Source: Chiloscyllium plagiosum (taxonomy: Eukaryota). Taken from it: a DNA stretch of 64,000 nt. Of the stretch, positions 36,721-50,019 are shown one piece after another. The position numbers were made by a program, and so were the translations under genes. Each line of letters starts with the position of its first letter. Positions within the stretch are counted from its first letter, which is position 1. The stretch is taken from the NCBI RefSeq assembly GCF_004010195.1, contig NC_057719.1, forward strand, positions 26,717,498-26,781,497. The letters run 5' to 3'. The notes under the pieces were generated by a model. The model was not told the origin of the DNA. It saw nothing but the letters and a program-made list of their open reading frames with translations, and did not search any database.

Positions 36721-39700
36721 TAATGTGCTGCCTTTATCTTCCTAGTTGCTGGACTCCCTGCAATGTACAGTACTTGAAATTTGTCATACCATTAAATTGC
36801 CATCTTTCATTTAAAATACATATCCTAAGTCATCACTTGCCATCCTCCTCAATCTTCAAATGCTAGCTCAATTATGAAGAGCTTGTAAAATGCAGTTAGC
36901 ACTACTTTGACAGCTTTACTGCATGTCAAAAAGGTACAGAATGAATATTGTATTAGCACCATGTTGTGAAATAAATAATTTGCTGTCCTTTCAGTGCAAA
37001 CATAAAAAGGATGAATGTTCAACTTACTAAAAAATCTGAGCACTTCTAAAAATTTTCCAAGGCATCAAATCTAATCAGAACAAAATGTAGACGACAACGT
37101 CCAATAAACTTTTACTTTCATCAAAAACTATGCACAATAAACAGAATTATACAAAAATTAAGAGTACAAAGCAATTGTCATAAGTGATTACTTAAATCTG
37201 TTGCATAGAAATCAAAAGCAAATATGGAATTACACATACAAATGCTAATTACAAGTTTCCTTTCATATTTTAACAAGGTTAAATTATGTGGAATTTGCAT
37301 TTCTATTGGGTTTAAATTATTGCTTCTTCTGAAACATTAATACCTGTATTTACTTAATACATAGAAACAATATTAAGGCACTAAAAAGATATTGTACTTG
37401 GATACCGTAAGCAAACATATTAGTCAACTTAGAGAGAGAGAGACTCCGAGCACAGAATTCTACCCAGTAAAATTGTAATTACTTTCCAACACTTTTATAG
37501 AGATTTCATGGTTACCAGTTTGTGCCAAGTGGAAAAAAAAGTATTAATTACATGATTCTTATTTCAAGTGCATCATCTTCTGAGTTGAGCAAGAATTGTA
37601 TCTAGACATAATGTCACATGATTTAGATCTTTGCAACATACAAAGATTTGATCAGATTAGTGGTACGTTCCCATTTTAAGTTTAATGACGTAAATTAATG
37701 CTTATTAATAATTGAATTTTTTAACAAAGGAGACAATTGATATAACAATATGATCTTACAACTACAGTTTACTAATTGACATTGTGAAATAGTCACCTGA
37801 TTATGTTTTAAAGTGTGCTTGCCTTGATTACATATTTTATCATGTGTTTAGAATCTTTCATACATACTTTCACCAAACCATTTTCTGGGAGAAAAATAAT
37901 AATTATTATTTACTGATAATGCATTGAAATTTGCTGGGAAGTATGAATGGATGATGTGGGGAATCTTCTTTGAAAAGCTGGATGAAAAATATTCTCAAAT
38001 GCACCAACTGGTACTTATCTATCGTTAATACTTGTAGAGATATGTTGGCCAGTTTTTTCTGCAATTTAACTTCTTATCTGAAAAGCAAAACCATGGTATC
38101 AATCCCATAAGCACTGATGTCAAGCTGATCCTTATGATTGCAGAACTTACTATACCCAAAGTACATATTATAGAAAGGCATTTAAAAAACATAGCTAATA
38201 CTCTGATTTGCTATTCGGGGCAGTAGTCTTCTGTAAAGTAAATTGAAACAAATGAGTCAAAACATTATGTACTGTATAAGCCAACAGTAAATCCACAAAA
38301 GTATTGTTAAGAACTTTTGTGACCCAACATTAATTATTAATTGATATATTTTATCGAGTCAAAAATGTCAATGATTACGCATGCAACATCATTGATTTGT
38401 TCAGTCTGGTTCTTTAAGGACATTTCATTAAGATCCTTTTAAATGAAAACCACAAAGAACTACTTTTGTTTCGGTTCTTGCATTTTGATGCTTCAGATTT
38501 TTGTTTTAAATTAAGACAGAATTGTTAATGTGCGTTGAAGGGAAATCAACAATAGACACAAATAATTTCAAAATGCAATTAGTGCCAATCACACCTGCTT
38601 AAGAGTGGTGGGGATTTGCTAACTAGATGATATGACTGATAGGTAGATAGATAGACAGACAGCCCTCAAACTTAAAATAAAGTCAAAATTTTAAGTTGGA
38701 GCTGGTGACAAATCAAGCAATGACATATGGACAATTGTAATAACTGGCATAAGATTTTTTTTTAATTCTAAAGTTTGCATCCCCAAAACACTTGTGCTTT
38801 GCAACACAGCATTCAGCTTATACAATGAATTTTAGATAAATTACTATACCGTGCATACTTTTATTATTTATCCTGAGTGAAGTTATGGTGTTTGATAATC
38901 CTATAGACATCTTACCTGCAGTAGATTGCTGTTCTTTGAGCTCATAAAAAGGGTAATTGCAGTGTGGAGTGATATAAAATACCACTATGTTCACGAAACT
39001 TCTGTATGTATTAAAAGTATAGTATTTCCTGACCAACAATTAAACTGGTGACTGGAAGACCACAAACACTTAAGCTGAGAAACTGGTCAGGAAAATGCCA
39101 CAGCCAGTAACTGTATAAGTATTGGAAGAATAAAGAGCGGTCAGCCCAACACTCTTGTTTTAAGAAAGATTCCAGTTCCTTAAATAAGCAAACGAGTTAG
39201 TTGAATCATTGAAAAAATATCCACAGACTGTATAATCACCACAGCTATATGGATGTAATTTCTATTAATATCATTTTGATGTGGTATTAGATCATGCTGA
39301 GAGACTATTTTAAGTGGCATCTAAATATCCTTGAGAAATTGAAGTTCAAAGCAGTGCTCTGTAAATTCCTTCATACATTCTCCATTGCAAATTACAGCTA
39401 CTGAATGAATGATCTGTTACTAACTAAATGGCACTAACACCATTTTCACTCATTTTTCCATTGCACTCTCCACTGCAACCATCCATCAAGGCCAGTGAGA
39501 CAGATAAACCTTTTCTTCCAACTAGCTCTCATCTATCATCAGAATACTTGTTTACCTGCCTGCCTGCCAGTCTCTAATTGCAATTTTAAAAACAAGCTTA
39601 AAATTTGAAAGCTAATTAATTCAGGAAGTCTCTAAGTGAAAAGCAGGCAGGGTTTCCATTGAGAATATTTCCAGAGCAAAGCAATTAGATTGTGGATTTG

Positions 39701-41027
39701 TAATTGTTGAGATGTCCAATTTCTAATCTGTTGTGCAGTTAGACTGGCTGGATGTGTAGTAATGTCTGGATTGGAGATTTTTACATTTTCAAATACAAAA
39801 ATTGCATTCATATAGTGCCTTTAATGATCTAGGTACATCCCTGAGTACCTTACAACTGGTGAATCACTTTTAATGTGTAGTCAGTGTCACAGCTTTTAAG
39901 ATTAGAACTTTGTTGTGTACCATCCACCTATTTCACAAATTTATTCAAAAGGGCTGAGAAATAATTTCTTTTTATAGAATACTTCCTATTTCAATTTGGT
40001 TTTAAGTATTGCATTGTTTTTTAAAAAATGGTAATCTGGAAAGTGCCAGGCAGATTAACATGGAATTCTGCTGATTGGTCAACTTGATTGAAGGAAATAA
40101 CGTTTGTCTAGTTGTCATTTATTGATGAATGGCTGCAATATATTGTAATTATATAGCACAGTAATATGTTGACTCAATGTGCAGTGTTTATTGCTGTTGA
40201 GTCCAGAGAAAAAAAGATACTAGCCACCCAGAGAAGCTCATATACGAGCACATTTATCACAATGTTGCCTTGGCCATGAAAAAGTCCTGGATCACAGGAA
40301 CATGTTTTTTGTACTGGATGAAATCACCCAAATCCCCATCCTTAAAAGCTACATGCAATTAAATTGAACATTTTGTATTTTTTTTTGTTGAATCGTTTTC
40401 CACTGGAGATCAGGTTGAAAGCCTACTGTCAGCAATTCTGAAGACACTGGAGTACATTTAGCAGGTTAGAGAATTTGTTTACTTTTTCATCCTGTTCTAA
40501 GCTCGCACAGTGAAGAAATATAAATGTCAGCTTGTTTCATCCTTATTGTCTTAACTGGTCTTTTCCATTACAAATAAACAGCTAATTGCTTCTTGTCCAA
40601 CAAAACTATCATTTAAACCACAAGTTATGAAATTGTGCTTTAGATCCAAACATGGTGCTATGCTCATTTCATAAAAACGTTTTATCACATCATGACTTCT
40701 TTTTGAAAAGTGTTTCTCAAGCACAGGAAAAAAATTTCTGGGCACTACGCAAAGTAATAGTACAGTACACAGCATGAGAAAGAGGAAGGGAAATGGAATG
40801 GACTTTCTCCTTTACAGAATCAAACACATTTCTTCAGAATGGAAGATGGAGGCAGTTTTTGAGAGGAGGTGAGGTGCTTTCACAAAACAGGATGCAGAGT
40901 TCAGATTTTGAAAGGGCAGGAGCATAGCAATTTTACAGAGATTTGTCCACGATGGTTAGGAAGGGGTTAGAATTTCAGTTTACGAGCATCAAAGGTTGCA
41001 TTCGCAGGTATAAGGAGGGGAAGAATA

Positions 41028-41081
41028 ACACATACAGACAGACACACAGACAGACAGACAGACAGACACACACACACACAC
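41028..41081. repeat. Compound (CAGA)n/(CA)n microsatellite
   Basis: ACACATACAGACAGACACACAGACAGACAGACAGACAGACACACACACACACAC. Confidence 0.9.
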
Positions 41082-43968
41082 GTTTGAAAACCAGGAAGAA
41101 CATAGTAAAAATAAAAACTTGAGGACGATAATTTTGCCAGAATTACAGGATTTAGGGGTACAAGCAGGACACAAGTGGTGTCATTTTGAATGAGTTATTA
41201 CCTGTGGAGGGTAGACACGGCACAGGCAGCAAGAGGAGGATTACTGGTAGCAAAAAATTGGAGACAGTGGTGGGGGGTGTAATTTTTCAGGGATAGAAGA
41301 AAACACTTTAGGTCAATGAAGAAGCTGAGCACAATGCCACATCCTGATAAAATCTTCCCAGTTGCGAAATGAAACTGCTAAAGCCCATTCACTTTCAAAG
41401 ATACAACATCGGTCTCATCCATTTTAAACTAGTACTGGAATTTACCAAAATCCCCTTCGCTTAAAACCCTTCAGAGGCTGAACTTGTATTTCAAGCTTTA
41501 AGGACTATTTACCCTATTGCAATCAAGTGGAAGTAATCATACACAATGTTAACAAGTTTTGTTGACTGGATTTCTTAAAGAGATGATTGCTTGTTTCCTT
41601 CCATGAAAATCAAGTTCAAATTGCAAAATCTAATTTCCAAGCCCAATTTTCAGTACTCACCCCAAGTTTTTGAATAAGAGATTTATCTTTTTAGTTAAAA
41701 GGAAAATCAACCTAATGAACTGCAAAGATGCAGAACACATTGGAAAATAAACTATACAGCATGCTTCCAAGCATATTTACACTGATGTCTCACTCAATCT
41801 CCTGATGCACTTGAACAGCATCCCAAGGGAATTCTTTTTTGACAGCATCAACTGAATATATTTAAAACAAATGATTACTAATGGCTACACATGCAAGATA
41901 AAGCATGTAAAGACAGTATTTAAGACCAAAACATCATTCAATTGAATGAAGAGTTATTCCTTTTTAAACTGATTTCTAAATTATCATCCATAGTAATTTA
42001 AAAGATATTATTCATGGCTTTGTATCTACTAATGTCAAAAAAAGAAGATGCCTAGTTTATTTTGTGCTTAGCTTTTTCTCCCCCACCTGGTACGTAGGCC
42101 CATCAAAGTAAAAGCCCAATCGATCATTTAAGGTGAACTGTCCAATGTTTCAGGAGAAATAAATTATATTGCCTATTCTGTCAACGTATATTAAGTCAAT
42201 ATGTTAAAGTGCCTTACAAAGTTTAATTGAATATAGTTGTTAATGATTACTGATACAAGAACTTCATAAAGCTCCAAGTATGGATTGCCTCACTCCAACA
42301 GATGTTGACAGACTTGTCTGTTGATTGCAATAAACGAGGAGGTGAATACATACGTATTGTGCTTCATTCAATAAAAAGAATGCAAGTTCAAGATTGTAAT
42401 CCCCCTTTTGTCAGTTGTCAGAAAATATACCTTGGAACTTGCAAGTAAGTATAGTCCTTCCATGCATGAAACAAAAGTTGGATTCCTACTCCAAGCTGCA
42501 ATGTTCAGGATATCAGTAAGAATACAGTAATTAAAATAGTACAAGCTGGATTGACTCTTAAGAAACAAAGATTGCTGAACAGAGACAAATAAAATAGTAG
42601 CAAATGGTCAATTAATTAGATCTGTAAAAATATAATCAGTTGATTAGATCAGAACCCCTATTACATTAAGTTATATCTTAGCTAGTTTTAATTGAAAACA
42701 AAGGAGTTTCCTGTTTGTTTGCCCATAAGTTTAGCAGATCACCGAAATATATCAACGCAGCCTACTAAAAAATTTCATGTTAACTATGGATTCCAATAGG
42801 AACAGTTAGAACACTACCATTTAACAACATTTCTGAATGCTCAAACTTAATGAATCGTTCAGCCTAGAAAATCAGAGCTCACAGTTCATACAGAATTTGT
42901 CTGTATTTAGACGTGTAACTATCTACATTCAGATTATTTCGCATACTGATAACGTTTCCATGTGATGTTTTATGGATACCATATCTAGTAACAAATGAGG
43001 TAATGTGTCTCTCATTTAAACTATACACTAATTCCACCCTCTTCTCTCAAACTTTCATGGTCTGTGAAATCATGTGATGGTAGATATTCCATTAGATTTT
43101 CTTCATTTTTGAGCCTCCAAAATCTGAGTTTGAGATACCATAGCCCACGTTTTCTCTCAGACTTGGCTTCCTGATCATGTTAGTTATATTCATATTTTAA
43201 CTGCATGTAATAAGTACTGAAAACGCTAAACAAAAACTTTGAACGCATTAATTCCAGGAGCCTTTTCATGAATAGGTAACTAAGCAATCAAAAAAGGGCA
43301 ATGTACTCTGTGGTGATCCCAAGTTCACATCACTTGTGATGACTGAGAAAACTCCTGAACACAAAGTACCTGAAAACATTTTGACCTACATTATTTTGCC
43401 AGCTGGTGAATAGTAGCCACTTGCATGTGCAAGAAATGCAAATAAAATGTTGGCTCTTGCAAGCCAGCTCTTATTAACAAAACAACTAATAAGAGCCAGA
43501 CATGACTGATTGGAATGTATCTTATCATATCAGGCATATTTATTGACTTCAGTTACCACTGGCGCAAATATCTGGTTTTGGCGAAGCAAAATGATAAATT
43601 TGAGACACAAAAATATTGACTTGTACTTATTTAAGTAACAACAAAAATCTTAACAGGATGCAGCTAATTAAGGTAGCACTAAGTTAGCATTCATGAAAAT
43701 GGATCTGCAAAATGCCAAAGTTATGATTTCAAACACACAGAAAATATCTGGTAAACACTATGCAAATAGAAGGAAACAGATTGAAAGTCCCAGTGACATA
43801 ATAGCAGAATTGATAATGTTGGTAAATATATTTGGAAAATCTTATACTGGCAAATCAAATCAGGATGACTAACACCTTCTGACTGCGCCTGTATTGTTCT
43901 GGAAAGCTTGGGAGTTGTTGGAACAGTTTGAAATGATTCAACTCAACAAAAAAGTTAGTTAAATTGGA

Positions 43969-44247
43969 GTGCTATTCATTTTACACAGAATAATTGTTGT
44001 CAGCACAACCCTAATTTCAAGTGATAAATATAACTAACATATATTTGCATAACTTAAGTCAGGATGTAAATTATACTTACCAGCCATTTTTTAGCTGGTA
44101 TTTATTAATGGTCCAGAATTTACCAAATGATGGGTGATTTAGTGGCACTTACCTTCATTAACTATGTAAATCATCTGGTAACTTGTGGCAAGGAAGGAAA
44201 TACCCTGTGAATTGCAAAATCACCACAAGTTGCAGGATGAATAGCAC
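43969..44247. mobile_element. Old MITE-like element bounded by 11-bp inverted repeats
   Basis: GTGCTATTCAT (43969-43979) and ATGAATAGCAC (44237-44247) are perfect reverse complements. Confidence 0.45.
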
Positions 44248-46338
44248 CATTGATATTTAAATTCTAATTCTCCCTTCACTTTTGTCTATCTCTCTCATTC
44301 AGTTCCAACCTAGTTCTCCATATTATACTTTCTGCACATTCTTTGACTCCAATTCACTCTCCTGCTCAATCGTTCCACAGTTTCCTTCTCAAAGCTTCAA
44401 TTTCACTACTTAAATGAGTTACACTCAAGGTCTCATTGTTTATCAATGCTCCAAATGTCCTTTTTCACCCCCTCACTGTGCCCTTATTAGCTTACAGTTC
44501 CAACTGCTTACAGGACAAACATTTGAGATGAAGGGTGAGGGAAGAACTTTAATAGGGCACATTATAAAGCTGACAAACTCCAACAAATCCTAGGCTAAAC
44601 GCTTCATGAATTGAAGGGAGTTATTCTGGATTTACAGTAGCACTTGAATTCAAGTCAAACTGAGGTACAGCATGAAGATATTCCTACTAGACTTTTCTGG
44701 TCACGTTGATATGTAGCTCAGTAAACATCATGGCCTCAACGTAGCTTTGTGTGTTCCTTTGTACCAGTCTGAATCAAAAAGAGTTGTTCTACTTGACCTG
44801 AAGGTGGTCCAAGGCAGCTTGCATCCAAAATGTGACACTGTACTTTCAGAAAGTGAACATTACTTTTGAATATTTAGGACAAATAAACAAAAACATGGTG
44901 TAAAGAATGGAAAAATAATATACATTAGATATTTATCATGGAAGGAGTAATGAGAGAATCTATTCACCAAATTACCTCATCAACTATTGGTTTGCTTAGG
45001 TTGGTAGCAGGAGAGGTCAGGTGAAAAAAAATCACAGGAAGGCCTGACGCACGCTTCTTTACTATTAATTGATCGAATGCATGCCAATGCCAGAAAGTAA
45101 TTAAGCTACTTGTTACTGAGACCATTTTATTTTTCCTCCCCGTTTCTACTTAATTGCACTATTAACTGCAGCCAAGTCGAGAACTGGTGATGTGATCGCA
45201 GGCCTCTGCCTCCAGAAGGTTGTACGTGAATGAGCGGTTAGAAACCCTTTCAAATTTTCTCCTCCCTGCTTTGGAAGTGCACCCACCCTCTGCTCAGTAT
45301 TAACATACTAGAGTAAAAGAATCATTCCCCAGTGACGCCATGCATCAATACACCAATGCAAGATGCTGCCAACATACTTAGCAAGTAGATTTACTCCTTT
45401 CTACAAAACTCAACACCATGAATCCTGGTTTTACCTAAAATGCTACGTGAATTTTAGTCAGAGGAAGGTATACTTAAAATGGAGTATGCAAGTCATTGTC
45501 ATCACTAAGAAAAACAAACAAAAAACAAATATATGTTGCTTGGGTACAAATGTTTAAAGTTGTCGTCATGAGAGATGGAAATGAATCAGTTAACTTGTTA
45601 TGGAGTTAGGAAAGCTAGGATTTCATGATCTCATTTAAAATCTTAGGTGTTCAATTTGATATGTAGTGCAGATGTTATAAAGTAATGCCAGCTTGCTAAT
45701 GATGTCATGTGGCCATCATCACAATGCTTCAGAAATATTAGCTTAAATGAGTTATTCATTAATCCCTACATGGCTACAAGTGTTCAGATGTCTACTGTAA
45801 GTTGCAATAAATGCTTGTCCAGCTTAAGGAAGGCAGTACAGCATAAATACTACTGAGGTCTTCAAATTGCATTAGCTGAGCTTATAAATAGCTGCATAAG
45901 GCCACGAAAAAATTAGCCAAAAGTAACAGGTTTTCGATGCAGTGCTTCAATGTGTTCTGTCTAACACCTTTGGCTTTTTTACTCCTCAGACTTCCCAGTA
46001 ACATCTCTGCCATAAGAACAGACATTTTTTTTAACAATGGCTCAGTGCTTTGCGGCCAGGATCAAGAGAAGATGTATGCCTGGCAAATTGAAAAGTGACC
46101 GGTACTTAGCAGTAAACTAATATGACATTTGTGAGGTTCGATAGTTTTAAGTTAGTCCACTACTGCAGATGATTCCTCACTGGACCCGCTCTCCATCTCT
46201 TCTTCATATTAAGGAACCAGGAAAGAATTTTTTGTTTCCTTTTCCAAATAAAAAGCTTACTGCTTTTACAATCAACTTTTCTTATTAGTCAACCAGAACT
46301 TGCTTTCTTGCAACATTCCTTTGTCCTTGTGCATTCCG

Positions 46339-46485
46339 TCATATTATTGCACAACACACACGACATTTTGCACAACCTCTTTTCCTCTTTTTGGGATGGA
46401 AAACTGTCAAAATTGCTTCATCAAACACAGCTTTCAATCCTTTCTGTGTGAGGGCAGAGCATTCCAGGTAACACTGTGCTCCAAT
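46339..46485 (-). CDS. RHOJ: RHOJ terminal coding exon with polybasic tail and CAAX
   Basis: Acceptor TTTTTCAG|. Translates [48 protein letters not shown]. Recalled human RHOJ ends ...[27 protein letters not shown]. The upstream exons were not found in the window. Confidence 0.96.
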   Translation of the reverse strand: MGAQCYLECSALTQKGLKAVFDEAILTVFHPKKRKRGCAKCRVCCAII

Positions 46486-47289
46486 CTGAAAAATAAAATA
46501 AAGGAAATCCACTTTTGCTTTCAGTTGTGAATCTAGTTTAGGTTTACATCTATTGCCATATGAATCTGATGCCACATGGGTTTAAATTAGCTATGAATTT
46601 TAATTAAAACATTCAGGCATACTGTAGATTCTTAATATCACAGTACAAACCATGAGCCATAAAAAAAAATCATCAAATTTTGAAGTGTAAAATGTGAAAC
46701 TTTAGTTTCCTTAAACTACACAACATTACAAAAAATGTCCAAACTGGTTAGGACAGTGCTCGGTCATTGCTGATCCCATTTCGCATTAGTTTACCTGAAA
46801 TTACAGAGTAATATTGTAGATTTTAGGGTGAGGTAGTGACACAGAGGTAATAATTGGTGGATTCAACTCATACTCTTGAGGACAAGGGTTCAAATCGACC
46901 ATGGCAGCTGATTGAATTTTTAAAAAAATTCAATAAATGATAAACTTGGACCATATAATACATAAATGGTGCTATGAAACTACCATTGAACTGCCTTTTT
47001 AAAAATTGCAGACCCCACTGGCGAGGCCAACATTTATTGCCCATTTAAAGAACAGTGGTTCTACGCATGTTAAGGTTTTTAAAGCACTCAAATAGGGGTA
47101 ACAGCCAAATGCATCTAAGCAAAAAAAGCAATACTGAAATTAAATAATTACATCACTAATCAAAAGGTTTTTGATCTGCTCCCAATCTCAATACAAATTT
47201 TGATAAACTGACTATTGTTTCCAAACATAGCTGTGATTCTTTGATATGCAATTCCAAGTTTAGCTGCTCATGTTCAAAAGTTTGAGTCA

Positions 47290-47830
47290 GAATGATAGTG
47301 ACCAAAGCACAGAAAAAGGCTATTTGGCCAATCAAATCCGTGCCAATCCCAATTGCTTAACTATTCTAACCCCATTTTCCTGCATTTGGCCCATAGCCTT
47401 GTATGCGCTGGAATCACAAGTGCACATCTTAAACACTTCTTGAATGTTATGATTTCTGCCTCTATCACCCTTAAATGACAAAACGCAGTAGACCCAGCAC
47501 TGATCCTTCTGGTACGCGATTAGTCACAGGGGTGCAGTCTGAAAAGCAACCCTCCACCACCACCTTCTGCCTCCTGCCTTTGAGCAAATTCTGTATTCAG
47601 TACTCCCTTCAGTCTCCTCTGCTTCAAGAAAAACATATCCAGTCTATCCAATCTCAAACTCTTAAGCCCAGACAACATCCCGGTAAATTTCCTCTGCACC
47701 TTCTCCAGTTCAAATCACTCCACTCCTATAATGTGGATTTCCAGAACAGCACACACAATACTCTTATAATGGCCTAACTAACTTCTTATATTGTTCCAGC
47801 ATAACCTCCCGGCTCTTAAACTCTTTTCTC
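47290..47830 (-). mobile_element. Rearranged CR1 fragments in the last RHOJ intron
   Basis: CATTTGGCCCATAGCC, CCCAGCACTGATCCTTCTGGTAC and GACAACATCCCGGTAAATTTCCTCTGCACC CR1 motifs. Confidence 0.7.
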
Positions 47831-48566
47831 AGCTAATTGAACATTAACGTTTTCTGCTATCAGCAAAATTCCCAGCATACCTAGAATGCATAACTGAAGC
47901 AGTGAAGACCAATGAGAGAGTTTTGAGAGAAATGTCTACCTTCTTAGCTTCTCACAGCAGGGCATTGGTTTTTATAAATAAATAACAACTACCAAATGCC
48001 TTTTCAGCTATTTTAAACAACAAACAAAACTTGTTATTGAAATTATGAAACAAATGTTGGTTTAGGCTAAGAAGCAACCTTTTGGCCAAATATATCTGTC
48101 ACAGATATAAAGTTGTGAACCTGACTGCAGCATTAATAGAAGCAGTCTTATTCCACTTGAGTTCGGCACCTTCTGAGAATACTCTTCGAGCCAAAGTTGA
48201 AAATCGTTCAGCGGGGGGAGGAGACTACCAAAATTGTTCGACAATTTATGAACTTAACGCAGTACCTTTTTTAAATTGGAGCAAGTGGATACATCACTTC
48301 CTACTTTCTGAGATTGGCAAAGCAAATAATTCACTTCACATGTGTTCAGGTGACAATAGTCTTGAGAGCTGGAATTTGCATTCTGCACCTGATGGTGTCA
48401 AACTAGCAGTGTAACTAACCACAGGTGGGTTAGAGAGAATTTTCCTTTTATTAGTGGCAGCAGATTTGACAGCAACTTAGATGGAAACTGGATATGTACT
48501 TGAAAATGTAAGGTATGAAGGGCTACAGGGAAATAGCAGGGGAGCAGGCCAAATTGAGTAATATTT

Positions 48567-48965
48567 TCCCTGGAGTGTTGGCGGCTGAGGGGTGACGTTA
48601 TAGAGGTTTATAAAATCATGAGGAGCATCATAGGATAAATAGACGTGGTCTTTTCCCGAGGTGGGAGAGTCCAGAACTAGACGGCATAGGTTTAGGGTGA
48701 GAGGGGAAAGATATAAAAGGGACCTAAGGGGCAACTGTTTCATGCAGAGGGTGGTGCATGTATGGAATGAGCTGCCAGAGGAAGTGGTGGAGGCTGGTAC
48801 AATTACAACATTTAGAAGGCATCTGGATGGGTATATGAATAGGAAAGGTTTAGAGGGATATGGGCCAAGTGCTGGCAAATGGGACTAGATTGGGTTGGAA
48901 TATCTGGTCAGCATGGACGAGTTGGACTGAAGGGTCTGTTGTTTCCATGCTATACATGTATAACT
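48567..48965 (+). mobile_element. CR1 LINE 3' fragment
   Basis: ESRTRRHRFRVRGERYKRDLRGNCFMQRVVHVWNELPEEVV. Confidence 0.92.
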
Positions 48966-49246
48966 CTTCCAAACAGCTGGCATAGGGAAGATTGGCTGAT
49001 TGGCTTTCTTTCATGCAATTTCCCTTCAATTTACCAGAAGAAACAATAACACATTACTGTTAGCCAATTTCTTTCACTTAAAATAAACCCATACAAGCCA
49101 ACACAACAGAAGTTTTCATTCTTAAAGGCTTTCTGTTTTTTTTTTAAAGAAAGAGAAAATGTACTAGCATTGAAGCATCAGCTTTGTTTTCTGGAGAACA
49201 GTTCATGACAATGCAAAATTCTGTCCCCCATGCAGTCGCTAACTGC

Positions 49247-49286
49247 TGCATTACTGTGACCAGTCTTGCATTACTGTGACCAGTCT
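49247..49286. repeat. Perfect 20-bp tandem duplication
   Basis: TGCATTACTGTGACCAGTCT twice. Confidence 0.95.
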
Positions 49287-49374
49287 TGGCATAAAAAAGG
49301 CTCCTGCATGAGACTTGCCTAATTTTGAATAGTCAGAATTCTTATCATGCAAAACTCTCCAAAATAGGAATTAC

Positions 49375-49470
49375 CTCTTTAGCCAACTTCACACCTTGTT
49401 CGTATGTGATGGGTTTTTCCTTCATATGAATTAATCGGGCCAGTGTTTTGGGATCATCTCTTAGATCAAT
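49375..49470 (-). CDS. RHOJ: RHOJ internal exon (equivalent to exon 4), Rho insert region
   Basis: Acceptor TTTTGCAG|, donor GAG|GTAATT. Translates [32 protein letters not shown]. Confidence 0.96.
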
Positions 49471-49854
49471 CTGCAAAATATATTTTAATGGGAAAATGTT
49501 AGACTTTCATATCTACTTTCCAGTATAATAACTTTACCAGAGCACTCACTGTTGTTTACCACGAGAGCTAATTTCCATAAAATAAAACTTGATGTCCTGT
49601 GCAATGGAGAACTGAGCTGTCAACTTATGAAAACACTTTCACAGTCTGCCTTCAGGTTTTGCTACAAATGTGACCGTATTTCATTTGGACTATATCAGCT
49701 CACTTATTTTGCGGTTTTCTTATTATTTCCCTTAAATGAAAAACATCACCCACAGAGAAATAAGGTTTTAATGGAAAACTAATGGTTTTGCAAAGAAGCT
49801 AGATGGAGTGAGAAAAAAACATCCATCCCAGGTCTTTGCAATGTGGTATCATAC

Positions 49855-50019
49855 CTGAGTTCCAATCAGTACATAAGGCACATGCGGCATACACGCTTTA
49901 AGCTCAGGCACCCACTCCTCTTGCACGTTGTGGTATGATGCAGGATTTACCACAGAGAAGCAGATCAAAAACACATCAGTGTTTGGATAAGAGAAAGGTC
50001 TCAGTTGATTGTAGTCCTC
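49855..50019 (-). CDS. RHOJ: RHOJ internal exon (equivalent to human exon 3)
   Basis: Acceptor TTTGTTATAG|, donor CAG|GTATGA. Translates [63 protein letters not shown] is diagnostic of RHOJ/TCL. Confidence 0.96.

Noticed and set aside
44463..44562. Two interleaved complementary pairs (pseudoknot-like topology)
   Set aside because: Short imperfect stems between a pyrimidine-rich and a purine-rich tract; plausible by chance.
46486..46575. N-terminal part of the 78-aa ORF (MASDSYG...)
   Set aside because: Intronic read-through upstream of the true acceptor at 46486/46485.
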